A stretch of DNA of 64,000 nt from Dudresnaya verticillata (lineage: Eukaryota). Shown piece after piece: positions 34,438 to 45,865 of this stretch. The stretch spans positions 806,001-870,000 of the forward strand of contig OZ374558.1 of assembly GCA_977862235.1 (NCBI GenBank), written 5' to 3'. Numbering within the stretch: the stretch's first letter is position 1; each line of letters begins with the position of its first letter. The translations under genes and the position numbers were made by a program. The notes beneath the pieces were generated by a model that was not told the origin of the DNA, made no database searches, and saw only the letters and a list, made by a program, of their open reading frames with translations.

Positions 34438-36179
34438 ATGCGCCGCATCACCCAACCCCACCCTTCACGCGCGCCGCCGCCGTGCTCGCGCTCCTCCTCT
34501 TCACCACGGCCACCGTCGCGCAAAACCCCGCCCCGCGCGTCTACGCCTTCGCGCTCTACGACGCCGACTTCGACATCCCCATGCGCCGCCTGCGCTCCAA
34601 CGACCACATCGCCGTCCCCTACAACTACACCATCGTCGAAGAGGTGCAAAGTTTCAACGTAATTCCGGACAACGTCACCTTCACCCGCCCCTTCCACTAT
34701 GTCGAGACCGGCGCCCCGTACGCCCTCCCCGGTAACTGGCCGCCTGAGCGCTTCGAATACCGCCCAATCCTGCGCCCGCTCCGTCTCGTCCCGGGCCTCT
34801 TCCGCGTGGAGGCCTACGTCGCCGATCACGTTGCCCAAGCCTACATCCTCACCAACCTCACCATTCTCCCGCCGATTGGCCCGCCCGGTCGCAAAGGGAC
34901 GCTCCCGACCGAAATCGCCCCGCAACTCCCGCCCGACGCCAATCTCACGGCCCGACCCAAACCGCTTGGTTGCACCCAGTCCGCCCCGCGCTTCACCCTC
35001 GAGGATTACGGTCCCGCTAACTACTACTACTACGACGGCTACTTTATGTGGTTTACCGTGCGCTGGTGCCTCAACAGCCGACTCCGCGTTCGTCTCATCC
35101 AGTACGACGCCCCCCGCGCTCCCGACGGGTCCTTTCTACCGCCTACCACTCGCGTGCTATGGGCGTGTGACTCAGCCCCATTCCGGAGGGATGTATTAGA
35201 TGAGGGTGACTATATCCCACAGAGCTACTGCGGCGTACGCCGCATCTTTATGGAGGTGTGCACCCGCGACATCAAACCCGATGGGACTGCATCCGAGCTC
35301 TGCGACACCTCACCAATCGTCACGCTCCCCTCCAAGGGCGCCCTCGAGCCGCGTGTCACATTCCGCCCGCCACACGTGTTGCACCTCGCCCCGGGCGACT
35401 CTGCAACTCTCACGCTGGCCATTCTGCCACTGCCATATGACACGAACGAGCTCAACCCATATTTTGATGGCTTCGGCTTCAGCATAAACGGCTCGTATGT
35501 CCTACGCGGTGCCGTGGAACAGCCCGGCGCATTTGTCTCTACCACCCCTGCTGTACGAGGCCGCAAAGTGCTTGTGGATGTGCCACTGCGGCGGATGGGC
35601 GGCGTAACCGACGCGGATAATGGTACTCTCGTGTACATGGAGTATGCGGACGCCTCTTGTGAAGAAGCGGTAGACGGCTTTCGCGGGTTGTACTCTACAA
35701 CAGTCACCGTCGATGAAAATTTATCGCCACTTGTCAAATACGATTCCGAGATTCCCACGGTGAGCACACCTGCGTACCCGCGTACCGAGATTGGCAAGCC
35801 GGTGGTGCTGACTGTGGAGACTGTGAACAACGGCGGAGGGATACGAGCGGACGGGTCTGCGACGGAGGTGAGCTATCAATGGTACATACGGACGGAGACA
35901 GACATGACCAAGTCGAAAACGTACGCGGAGAAGATCAGCGGCGCTACTGGTCGAACGCTTGGGCTTGCAAAGGCGATTTGTCATGCTGGCAACTATAATT
36001 GTCAAAGAGACGGGTGCTTCGATTTGGCGATCTGCTTTTTCGAGGCTTGCAATACATTTGGATGTGCCAGGAGTAGAGGGGTGAAGGCCAATGTTTTTCA
36101 GCCAAAAGGCAAGCGACTTGAGGACTTTGGCTGTGCAACCCCTTTGGAGGGACCAGCGTTGGATTCAGGTGCTTTTTAG
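34438..36179 (+). CDS. Secreted/cell-surface beta-rich protein with C-terminal Ig-like domain; start codon out of frame by 1 nt
   Basis: Signal peptide AAAVLALLLFTTATVAQ; N-glycosylation sequons; SYQWY..ISGATGRTL Ig-like motif; Cys-rich end; ATG 34438 needs one extra base to join ORF 34014..36179. Confidence 0.7.
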
Positions 36180-37094
36180 AGAGCTGTGGCAAACGTTAGA
36201 AGAGCGAGTACCTCGGAATGAGTAGACGCTTAGGGACAAGACTGGTTTGCGAAGGATTGATAAGCGACGTAGTTCGCTCGGTCTGCCCCTTGCACAAAAA
36301 ATAGGTTGCACTTGACCCATTTCTTTTCTCCCTGTTCTTCATGTCTATCTTCTTCTCTTACTCTACCTCACGTACGTGCTCCTTTTATTCCCCCATTCTG
36401 GTCTATGTTATCCCCACACACAGTAGTATTCGGCGGACTATTCGTGCAATCCCGTAGAACCGCTGCATGGAGTGTATAATTCGACTAGGGTCATGTATGA
36501 CGAACTGTACTACTGCTCATCCAGAAGTAGCGTTCCCTCTAATTAACAATCCCCTTTGTAGTTCCACGTCCTCTTACGTCCTGACAACAGACACGTATCA
36601 TCCACCTAAACAAATAGCACAAGACTCACAGAAGTTAGCAAACAAAAGCAAAGAACAGATGACGTACGTGAATGCTCAGGCTTGGGTCCGGTGACTGAGG
36701 CTGCGCGCCAAAAAGAGACAAAGCAGTGGGGAATGCCTTTTCAACAAATGCCTGACCCTATGGGGTCGTCTTATCCGTTCATCAATCGTGCTTCGCGGGG
36801 TATCCCGACGGCTTTGTCCCGCACCGCTGCGAACACTGCCCCAAAAATCCAAACGTTTCGCAGTACTCAGATCCAATTGCGACCCAATTCCTTGATCCAA
36901 TCTTCGACCCGATTGAATCCGCTTTGTGAAGCTCAGTCCGCTTCTCACATAAAACCTTTTCCACACCCCTCGGAAAAAAAGGCCAGCCGCTCTCGCGGGA
37001 CTCCATTTCGAGCGCCAAAATTCCCCACTCCACTCCCCCGCTCCTCCCTCGTCCCAACGACCCGCCACGAATCTCCTCTTCCTCTTTCAGAACA

Positions 37095-37973
37095 TTGGCA
37101 CTTTCCATCATCCCTTCACGCGTCGCGCCTCTCTCTCGGGTTCGCCTCTACGTTGCACCCGAACAGCTTTCCTCGAGAAGCGCACTGTGGGGAGGGAAAG
37201 AACTTTGGGGACGACACGGAACCAGAGAAGAGCAAATCGAAGCTGAATCGAAGAGCGGAGACGACGGCGAAGGAGAGCAAGAAATGAGCGAGGGTCTTCA
37301 TGGAAAGTCTAAACTCCCGGAGCAACTGGCAGAAGGAGCAGGGGAAAACCAAGGATTGAACTTGGAGAATCAGTCCCGAGACCTGCAAAGTGCCACGAGA
37401 ATGGAGGGAACGGGTTCCTGTAACAGCCTCAACAATAAGAAAGCACATGGCATGAAGGGCGTTGCATGCGGAATTCAAGATGCAACCGCAGCGGAGATCG
37501 GCAACTTGCAGAATGGTACGATATCGAAGGGAACTGCGAGTCGAAGGGAGGAAGTTGACATCGATGTTCTCATGACAGATGTTGGCGTTGGCGCCGAGGA
37601 AAAGATTGAGCAAATGGCGGGAACCGACGCAATGATTGACACCAGCAGTGAGGACAAGGATCAGAAACCCACCTCTACGCCAGGCCAGTTGCTGCCGGGG
37701 CACGTCGAAATGGGAAATGGTAATTGCGTGAAGGTCAGCCCAGAAGCGTACATGTCGTTGAGCAAAGATGAGTTGTTCAAAGAAATTCAGCACCTTGTCT
37801 TGCACCATATCCAAGAAGGTGAAAGTCTTGAGACTATCTTACAACTAATAGATCAGGGGGTCCGAGATGGGGTGTCAAGCGTATGTAATACGCAGGATGT
37901 TGGACAAGATTATGCGAAGGAAGTTCTTGAAGATCCTGTCGACACGACTAGCAGCGAGAACCTCGAAGAATGA
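37095..37973 (+). CDS. Hypothetical acidic protein (possibly one exon or a fragment; start uncertain)
   Basis: 292-codon ORF with E/D/S-rich natural-looking composition; no recognisable domain. Confidence 0.4.
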   Translation: MALSIIPSRVAPLSRVRLYVAPEQLSSRSALWGGKELWGRHGTREEQIEAESKSGDDGEGEQEMSEGLHGKSKLPEQLAEGAGENQGLNLENQSRDLQSATRMEGTGSCNSLNNKKAHGMKGVACGIQDATAAEIGNLQNGTISKGTASRREEVDIDVLMTDVGVGAEEKIEQMAGTDAMIDTSSEDKDQKPTSTPGQLLPGHVEMGNGNCVKVSPEAYMSLSKDELFKEIQHLVLHHIQEGESLETILQLIDQGVRDGVSSVCNTQDVGQDYAKEVLEDPVDTTSSENLEE

Positions 37974-39304
37974 ACCCATTTCGCTCCTCATATCTGTTAT
38001 TGGCAATTGGGATACAATACCCAGTCGAAACCACAACTGGTCTGCTCCATTGGTATCAGTTGTCCGAAGTGGTGTTATGTGCTGTGCAATGAAGAGTTTT
38101 GATGTCGGTTTATCTTTGTCAAAGGGTATCTACCGTGTGGGAAAGAGGTAACACTACATACCAATTAAAGTCAATCCCTTTGACAAATCCCAGGGAACAT
38201 AAAGAACATAAAGAGAAAGGCACGTGAGAGGAGTACGAAAGCGGAAAAGGGGGAGGGAGGATGGGAGAAATAGACATGCCAGGATTATGTTCCTGAGCTT
38301 GCGCAGCTCGCCAAAATGCAGACCGGGGTACGCCAGCTCCTTGCCTTCCAGCTTCATTTGCCTGAGATGCTGACAGACTGGCCCTAGTGCTCTCGTGCGC
38401 AGGGGCCTCACGAGCTGACACTCAATTAGACCAGATCAGACAACTGACTCACCTTCCCGCTGTTCTAGAGCAACACACAATCCGTCATGCCTCCTGGCCA
38501 GTGTGGCAGGGTGGCTTTGTCTAGACCGGCTATGAACAAACTCCCCGGCCCTTCGTTAAAGTCTAGGCGTGGAGACGACCAAGATCAACTCTACGCAACT
38601 TTCATCTCGGCGGTGAATGGGCTGAACGTCATTCCGCATTCGAATGTGGCGCTGACTTCGAGCTCTGTGTTTCCGATGAGTTTCGACTGTGTGTCCATGA
38701 CCATATCCGTGTCCATTGATCGGTAACCGCGTCAGTCGTTCACGCACAACAACGCAACATTGAAAGACAGCTCGAGCTGTGCGTACACGTGGATTACTCG
38801 CGGCTACTGTAATTATCACCGGCGATTGCCAGTGTGTTTTACATGTTTTAGATCCTTCCGTGTGATCCAAGCGGTGCAATTCCTCCTGGCCCCTACCGAG
38901 TCCTTGCGAAGCCCGGCGCGACCGCCGTCGGGGGCCGTCCCGGCTCACCGCAATCCACGCTCGCCGTCGGGGTCGTACCGGTTTCGGCAAACCGGCAAAC
39001 GGCCGGCAGCCACGGTCAAAAACCATTCATAACCCGGGGCAAAGAGGGCGTCTCCCTGCCCAGGTGACCACATCGCAACAGCTCTCACCGCACTCATCGC
39101 CCTGCCCCGTCCCACACCAGGTGGCATCATCGCAACAGCTCTCACTGCACGTATTACCCTGCCCCGCCCCGCTCCGCCCAGCCGCGCCCCACCCCGCCCC
39201 GGTCTCCCGTCCGGGCCCTCCTCCCTCCTTCCCTTCCCTGCGACAGGAGCTCCTCCTCCTCCTCCCCACCCCTCCCCTTCACACTTCCCCTTGCTCTCTT
39301 CCCA

Positions 39305-40492
39305 ATGACTCGTTACACTGGGCACCCGCCCGGACCGCATCACTCAGCTCCGCTTCCATCTCCCTATTCCCCGTCTGCCGTTCCGTCTTACACGACAGCC
39401 GGTATGATTCAGAGCTTTCCGTATCCCGCCCGCCAAGCCTTCCTACCTCCCTACCAGGCCGTCTTCCCAATCCAGCCAGGGACAAACACATACAAGGCGC
39501 GGCCTGTTTCTTTGGCCTACACTTATCGTGACGAATATCGAGGTGCAAGCTTCTCTGTTCCGAGTCCGCGTACGAGTCATTGGCCCCTTGTGGCGCCGCC
39601 TGTACCCCCACATCGTCAGGACGCGCCCCATTCGCGAGACGGGCTCAATGGCAGGGATATGCACTCGGCCTCCGGCCCTGGGATGGGAAGTTCTCTCACA
39701 GAAAGTCGGTCCCCATCCATGATTCAGCACTGGAGCCCGCCGGGACAGGCAGCGTCGGCAGTCCCTTGGCAAACAACTCCAGGACAGCCCCATCCACAGA
39801 CTCACGGGCGGACGGTTCCGCGATTGCAGTTCCAGGCGCAAACGCAGCCAGTCCCGCAAGTACAGCCTCCATCGCAGCCGAACACGAACCCAAAGCCACA
39901 CCAGAACCCTCACCAGAGCCTGCATCCGCACCCGTATCCTCAGCCACTGGTGCAGCCACGGCCTCATCTGCCGGCCCATTGGCAGCCTTCGACTCACACG
40001 CCGTCTCAAGTTCCCGAACCACAGGCGCAGGGGGTTGGAAGGTCGGAGGAGAAGAACGATCTACACCCACAGGCACAGGATCCGCCGCAGCCACAGATTC
40101 GATCTTCAACATCGCACCAGACGCAGGCTGGGCGGATTGCGTGCGGACAGTGTGGCAAAACATTTGCCCAGCAGGCCAACCTGGCTCGTCACAAGCACAA
40201 CGTCCACGATCTGCTGCGTCCCTTCGCGTGCAACAGATGTACGAAGACGTTCGGGCGAAAAGATAGCCTCAAGGCCCACGTCGACAATGTTCATCTCGGG
40301 ATAAGGCCACATACATGTGGATGGTGCGAAAAGGCGTTCGGTTCCAAGAAGCAGCTCAAGAACCACGTTGATCCGATGCATAAGAATCTGAGGAATCACA
40401 AGTGCCATTCCTGTGGAGTATCGTTCAAACACCGTTCGAGCCTCAGGAGCCATCGCATAGCCAGGCATCAAGGTGAAGCTTCACACAACTAA
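39305..40492 (+). CDS. C2H2 zinc-finger protein, 4 fingers after a P/Q-rich region (copy 1)
   Basis: Four Cx2Cx12Hx4H fingers with RPF/RPH-type linkers. Confidence 0.92.
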   Translation: MTRYTGHPPGPHHSAPLPSPYSPSAVPSYTTAGMIQSFPYPARQAFLPPYQAVFPIQPGTNTYKARPVSLAYTYRDEYRGASFSVPSPRTSHWPLVAPPVPPHRQDAPHSRDGLNGRDMHSASGPGMGSSLTESRSPSMIQHWSPPGQAASAVPWQTTPGQPHPQTHGRTVPRLQFQAQTQPVPQVQPPSQPNTNPKPHQNPHQSLHPHPYPQPLVQPRPHLPAHWQPSTHTPSQVPEPQAQGVGRSEEKNDLHPQAQDPPQPQIRSSTSHQTQAGRIACGQCGKTFAQQANLARHKHNVHDLLRPFACNRCTKTFGRKDSLKAHVDNVHLGIRPHTCGWCEKAFGSKKQLKNHVDPMHKNLRNHKCHSCGVSFKHRSSLRSHRIARHQGEASHN

Positions 40493-42191
40493 AACGTTAC
40501 AATGTTAGAACGGGGACCAACAATTCGTTGGGGGCAGACCCATCTTCTGGAACCGACAATGCCAGTGAGTGATTGCGATGTAGAATAAGGAGAAGGTGGA
40601 AGGCTGTGTACGGCTGCTTGTCTTCAGTTTGTAGTACGGGTTAACCATAACATGGTGACATGGTATCACGTAAAAGGGACGTTCATCTCTCGCCATCTGT
40701 AGTGATATATTAGACGCTTGCTACTATGCCTATACTAGCAACACAATATGCAAGATCATAGCTGGTTGGCAGTGAAGTAGTGAAGTATAGTAGATAGCTT
40801 GTAGAGTAACTGTTACGGTAACACTTGAGTTGGCGTGCTTTTCGTTTTAGAGAGAAGGAAGGCATAATCAAGTACCCGTGCAATTCCTTTTCACCGGGGA
40901 TATTTCGGGACTTTGGATACGTATGTGTGCGTGGAGGTCTTGAGGGAAAGAAGTCTCCCCTCCATCATACCAATATCGTATGCCCCTTCAGAAACAAAAC
41001 CTCAAACATGCATGTGCTTTGTTCTTGGTCCGACTGGCGAGTAACAAGTGGTCCGTTGCTTCTGCCTGGGATTTCATGAACGGAGTGTGATTTCAGTCTT
41101 TGGAATGGGAATGCTCTTGAAACTCATGTTGGTCAAATAAGAGTTAAAGGTTCGTATGTACCTGTGGTAGGTATTCTGAGTCTTATTGTTGTTCCAGTCT
41201 TCTCGAAAGCCTTGCGAATATTTCTTTTGCATAACGCGCCCATGAACCGTACTAGAGTATCTCCTTTGTTATAGAAATGTAGAGGAGAGTAACGCAACTC
41301 AGTCCCAATGTGCAACTCAAAAATGAAAAGGCCTATTACGAATAGATGCAAAACAACGTTGTTCTACAATGGTTTAATGAGACCTTTACGTATAGGAAAG
41401 ACTGCATACTTTTATAATGGTAGGTACTTCTGACTGAGCCTTGCACCGCAGCCTCGAAATAGTACAAGCTTGTCTGCGTTGGAGCTTGCCATCGCCAGGA
41501 AGCTCAATTATCCCAACTACATCCCGGAGTTGAGGAAGTGCCAGAACCCCCGGTGCGCAACTGTCTACCTTACGAGTACTTTTCACGATCCAAAGGGATC
41601 AAGATGACAACATACTACGTCTGTCTCCTTCAGTCGCCCTTGACCGGCCGCAAAAAATAGTATCCATGACCCTCTCAAAGCCTCAGAACCGACAACGTGA
41701 AGCCAAAAGCCAAACCAAAGTTTTGCATGCATATTAGACTCTACTGCGTCTCGACCAGAATCAATACAATATTGGTCCATCTCCTTCTACGCTGTGCTTC
41801 TCCACGGGCGATTTTAAGCGAGCCGACATCACGACTGCCTCACTTTCTCCTTCTCTCAGTATCAGTATTAAGGTCTACTGCACCATGTCCGTCATCATTT
41901 TTCGCTACTCCTTTTCGAACGCTCGTTCGACGGTAACTGCCTGAATTTGACAGCCTGAACTACAATTCTAAACAAACAGACCCAAACCGGCTCGTCATGT
42001 TGACTACAGGAATTGCAAGCAACCCGTTAATTCGCAACGTCGAACGGAAATTGCAGGGGAAGCGTGATAATATTTGTGCCCAAGGTAAAATGGCCTCATT
42101 ATCACAGTCTTGTCGCTACTTGTGGTCCCGCCTGCCTGCAGTGTCCGACCAACAACACAAATGGTCCCCAGAAGTGGTGCAGCCTGAGGTG

Positions 42192-42199
42192 TATAAATA
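42192..42199 (+). promoter_or_regulatory. TATA box upstream of the PAM2-motif gene (also at 47565)
   Basis: TATAAATA ~165 bp before ATG 42359. Confidence 0.5.
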
Positions 42200-42358
42200 C
42201 CGAGCTGGCTTCACCATCTTACCCTTCCTGTGACTCCTTTTGCTCGCCACGCACTTCAAGCACCCCGGCTCATCCTCACTCCTGTCTTCAAAAGCACCAT
42301 CGCTGCTGCACTCCGAACAACTCTGCCTTAACAGAAAAGTACAGCAACCAATCTCACC

Positions 42359-43474
42359 ATGACGCAGCAAACCCATCCCCTCTCAAAGCTCGACCCGAAC
42401 GCGCCCTCATTCGTTCCTCGTGTCCCGTCACCAGCAGACTGGACTCGGGCCTCCTTTTACCACCCCGACCAACCCACAACCTACGAAGAGTGGTTGTATA
42501 ATTCTGCGAGATCATCTACTCATCTGTACGGTACAACAGTACTTTCCGAAGGATACGGGCTCGTGACTGATGCGCCGCAGCCTCATTTGAGCCATTGGCA
42601 CGCCCCAGTCGAATACCCTGCGTCATTCGGATATAACTTTGGGTACCAGGGTACCAACCCAATGTGTAATATGCATCCGCAGGTCTATTCGTATTGTGCC
42701 ACCGGTGCATTCCAACAGCAGCCTGTTTTGTACTCGGTGTGGCAACCGTGCCATGCGGCCCTAGACCCCACAGTCGTGCCGCAAGATCTGGCTGTTGCTT
42801 CTCCAACGTCGAATACCAAGATTGGGGTTTCACTGTCCCACTCCAATACGATTTCGGTGAAACCACTACAGCGCGGTTTGGCTACACCTGCTTCCAAGGT
42901 ACCGTCAATGGAGAACGCAAACAAGAAGGAGGTGACCATTTCGACAGAACGCTCTTTATCCAACGTGGGTACCAAATTACCGCAGCAGGGAGAAGGTGCG
43001 CGTCCCGAGGAATCACAGAGGGAGTCGACCGACCCGGATCTCCCCAATGGTCGTCTTCAGACGTCAGATCGATCGGGGGCAATTGCTTCAACAAAGCAAA
43101 AACAGGCACGACTAGAAATGAGGGCTTCCAGCACTCGAGGTACGGCTCAGGAAGGCAATCGAACTTCCAAATCGCGGTCGCATCAGCACCGAAGCCAAAA
43201 CAATGTGTCAACTCCGAAGAGACGTTTGCATCAGAAGCGGAACAAGAGGCCGGAAGTACCAGCCAAGAATGAGAAAAACTTTCCACCTCTCCCAGCTTCG
43301 AATGCCGGCTTCGTTCCAGACGTGTCCAAGTCGACTTTCGCTAACAGGCCAAGGCCAAAACAGACGGAACAAGGCCAAACCCGAAAGCAAGAAAGCAACC
43401 CACTGGGTGATCGACTTCGAGGAGGGCCCAAACCCGTTCCAAGGAAAAGGGAACTTCTGGTACTAAATCGCTAA
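42359..43474 (+). CDS. Disordered protein with N-terminal PAM2-like (PABP-binding) motif (copy 1)
   Basis: SKLDPNAPSFVP matches PAM2 consensus LxxxAxxFxP; later NFPPLP motif and basic tail. Confidence 0.72.
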   Translation: MTQQTHPLSKLDPNAPSFVPRVPSPADWTRASFYHPDQPTTYEEWLYNSARSSTHLYGTTVLSEGYGLVTDAPQPHLSHWHAPVEYPASFGYNFGYQGTNPMCNMHPQVYSYCATGAFQQQPVLYSVWQPCHAALDPTVVPQDLAVASPTSNTKIGVSLSHSNTISVKPLQRGLATPASKVPSMENANKKEVTISTERSLSNVGTKLPQQGEGARPEESQRESTDPDLPNGRLQTSDRSGAIASTKQKQARLEMRASSTRGTAQEGNRTSKSRSHQHRSQNNVSTPKRRLHQKRNKRPEVPAKNEKNFPPLPASNAGFVPDVSKSTFANRPRPKQTEQGQTRKQESNPLGDRLRGGPKPVPRKRELLVLNR

Positions 43475-44677
43475 ACAGAAACCCTGGTGATACGAAACAT
43501 ATCTAACGTTTATAGACGTTTTGAGCTGCAACGCAGACACGTATAATATTGCATAGACCGGGTGGAATGTAAGGGGCAGTGCTTCTTCTCTGTTGGCAGT
43601 TGCTTGCAACTCTATAACTTGCTATAACTTGCTGCTGTCCCACACACAATACTTTTGCTTTGCCCTTGCAGCTGCAAGGGAGAAAGCTTCACCTTATGCA
43701 AGAAGTCTATGTAAACATTGCCGTCGGTCGTATTTCTTTAATGAGGGTTTAGTTTCTAATTTAATAAAGCGCGCGCGCTCCCTCTCTCTATTCATAGTGC
43801 ATTAACTGTGCTGCCTGTTTCTCATCTCCCCGCTGTTCTAGAGCAACACACAATCCGTCATGCCTCCTGGCCAGTGTGGCAGGGTGGCTTTGTCTAGACC
43901 GGCTATGAACAAACTCCCCGGCCCTTCGTTAAAGTCTAGGCGTGGAGACGACCAAGATCAACTCTACGCAACTTTCATCTCGGCGGTGAATGGGCTGAAC
44001 GTCATTCCGCATTCGAATGTGGCGCTGACTTCGAGCTCTGTGTTTCCGATGAGTTTCGACTGTGTGTCCATGACCATATCCGTGTCCATTGATCGGTAAC
44101 CGCGTCAGTCGTTCACGCACAACAACGCAACATTGAAAGACAGCTCGAGCTGTGCGTACACGTGGATTACTCGCGGCTACTGTAATTATCACCGGCGATT
44201 GCCAGTGTGTTTTACATGTTTTAGATCCTTCCGTGTGATCCAAGCGGTGCAATTCCTCCTGGCCCCTACCGAGTCCTTGCGAAGCCCGGCGCGACCGCCG
44301 TCGGGGGCCGTCCCGGCTCACCGCAATCCACGCTCGCCGTCGGGGTCGTACCGGTTTCGGCAAACCGGCAAACGGCCGGCAGCCACGGTCAAAAACCATT
44401 CATAACCCGGGGCAAAGAGGGCGTCTCCCTGCCCAGGTGACCACATCGCAACAGCTCTCACCGCACTCATCGCCCTGCCCCGTCCCACACCAGGTGGCAT
44501 CATCGCAACAGCTCTCACTGCACGTATTACCCTGCCCCGCCCCGCTCCGCCCAGCCGCGCCCCACCCCGCCCCGGTCTCCCGTCCGGGCCCTCCTCCCTC
44601 CTTCCCTTCCCTGCGACAGGAGCTCCTCCTCCTCCTCCCCACCCCTCCCCTTCACACTTCCCCTTGCTCTCTTCCCA

Positions 44678-45865
44678 ATGACTCGTTACACTGGGCACCC
44701 GCCCGGACCGCATCACTCAGCTCCGCTTCCATCTCCCTATTCCCCGTCTGCCGTTCCGTCTTACACGACAGCCGGTATGATTCAGAGCTTTCCGTATCCC
44801 GCCCGCCAAGCCTTCCTACCTCCCTACCAGGCCGTCTTCCCAATCCAGCCAGGGACAAACACATACAAGGCGCGGCCTGTTTCTTTGGCCTACACTTATC
44901 GTGACGAATATCGAGGTGCAAGCTTCTCTGTTCCGAGTCCGCGTACGAGTCATTGGCCCCTTGTGGCGCCGCCTGTACCCCCACATCGTCAGGACGCGCC
45001 CCATTCGCGAGACGGGCTCAATGGCAGGGATATGCACTCGGCCTCCGGCCCTGGGATGGGAAGTTCTCTCACAGAAAGTCGGTCCCCATCCATGATTCAG
45101 CACTGGAGCCCGCCGGGACAGGCAGCGTCGGCAGTCCCTTGGCAAACAACTCCAGGACAGCCCCATCCACAGACTCACGGGCGGACGGTTCCGCGATTGC
45201 AGTTCCAGGCGCAAACGCAGCCAGTCCCGCAAGTACAGCCTCCATCGCAGCCGAACACGAACCCAAAGCCACACCAGAACCCTCACCAGAGCCTGCATCC
45301 GCACCCGTATCCTCAGCCACTGGTGCAGCCACGGCCTCATCTGCCGGCCCATTGGCAGCCTTCGACTCACACGCCGTCTCAAGTTCCCGAACCACAGGCG
45401 CAGGGGGTTGGAAGGTCGGAGGAGAAGAACGATCTACACCCACAGGCACAGGATCCGCCGCAGCCACAGATTCGATCTTCAACATCGCACCAGACGCAGG
45501 CTGGGCGGATTGCGTGCGGACAGTGTGGCAAAACATTTGCCCAGCAGGCCAACCTGGCTCGTCACAAGCACAACGTCCACGATCTGCTGCGTCCCTTCGC
45601 GTGCAACAGATGTACGAAGACGTTCGGGCGAAAAGATAGCCTCAAGGCCCACGTCGACAATGTTCATCTCGGGATAAGGCCACATACATGTGGATGGTGC
45701 GAAAAGGCGTTCGGTTCCAAGAAGCAGCTCAAGAACCACGTTGATCCGATGCATAAGAATCTGAGGAATCACAAGTGCCATTCCTGTGGAGTATCGTTCA
45801 AACACCGTTCGAGCCTCAGGAGCCATCGCATAGCCAGGCATCAAGGTGAAGCTTCACACAACTAA
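44678..45865 (+). CDS. C2H2 zinc-finger protein (copy 2, identical protein to copy 1)
   Basis: Same 395-aa ORF. Confidence 0.92.
   Translation: MTRYTGHPPGPHHSAPLPSPYSPSAVPSYTTAGMIQSFPYPARQAFLPPYQAVFPIQPGTNTYKARPVSLAYTYRDEYRGASFSVPSPRTSHWPLVAPPVPPHRQDAPHSRDGLNGRDMHSASGPGMGSSLTESRSPSMIQHWSPPGQAASAVPWQTTPGQPHPQTHGRTVPRLQFQAQTQPVPQVQPPSQPNTNPKPHQNPHQSLHPHPYPQPLVQPRPHLPAHWQPSTHTPSQVPEPQAQGVGRSEEKNDLHPQAQDPPQPQIRSSTSHQTQAGRIACGQCGKTFAQQANLARHKHNVHDLLRPFACNRCTKTFGRKDSLKAHVDNVHLGIRPHTCGWCEKAFGSKKQLKNHVDPMHKNLRNHKCHSCGVSFKHRSSLRSHRIARHQGEASHN

Noticed and set aside
39061..39175. Two ~57-bp tandem units upstream of the ZF gene (in all three copies)
   Set aside because: Real but minor leader duplication; the overlapping small ORFs are not credible
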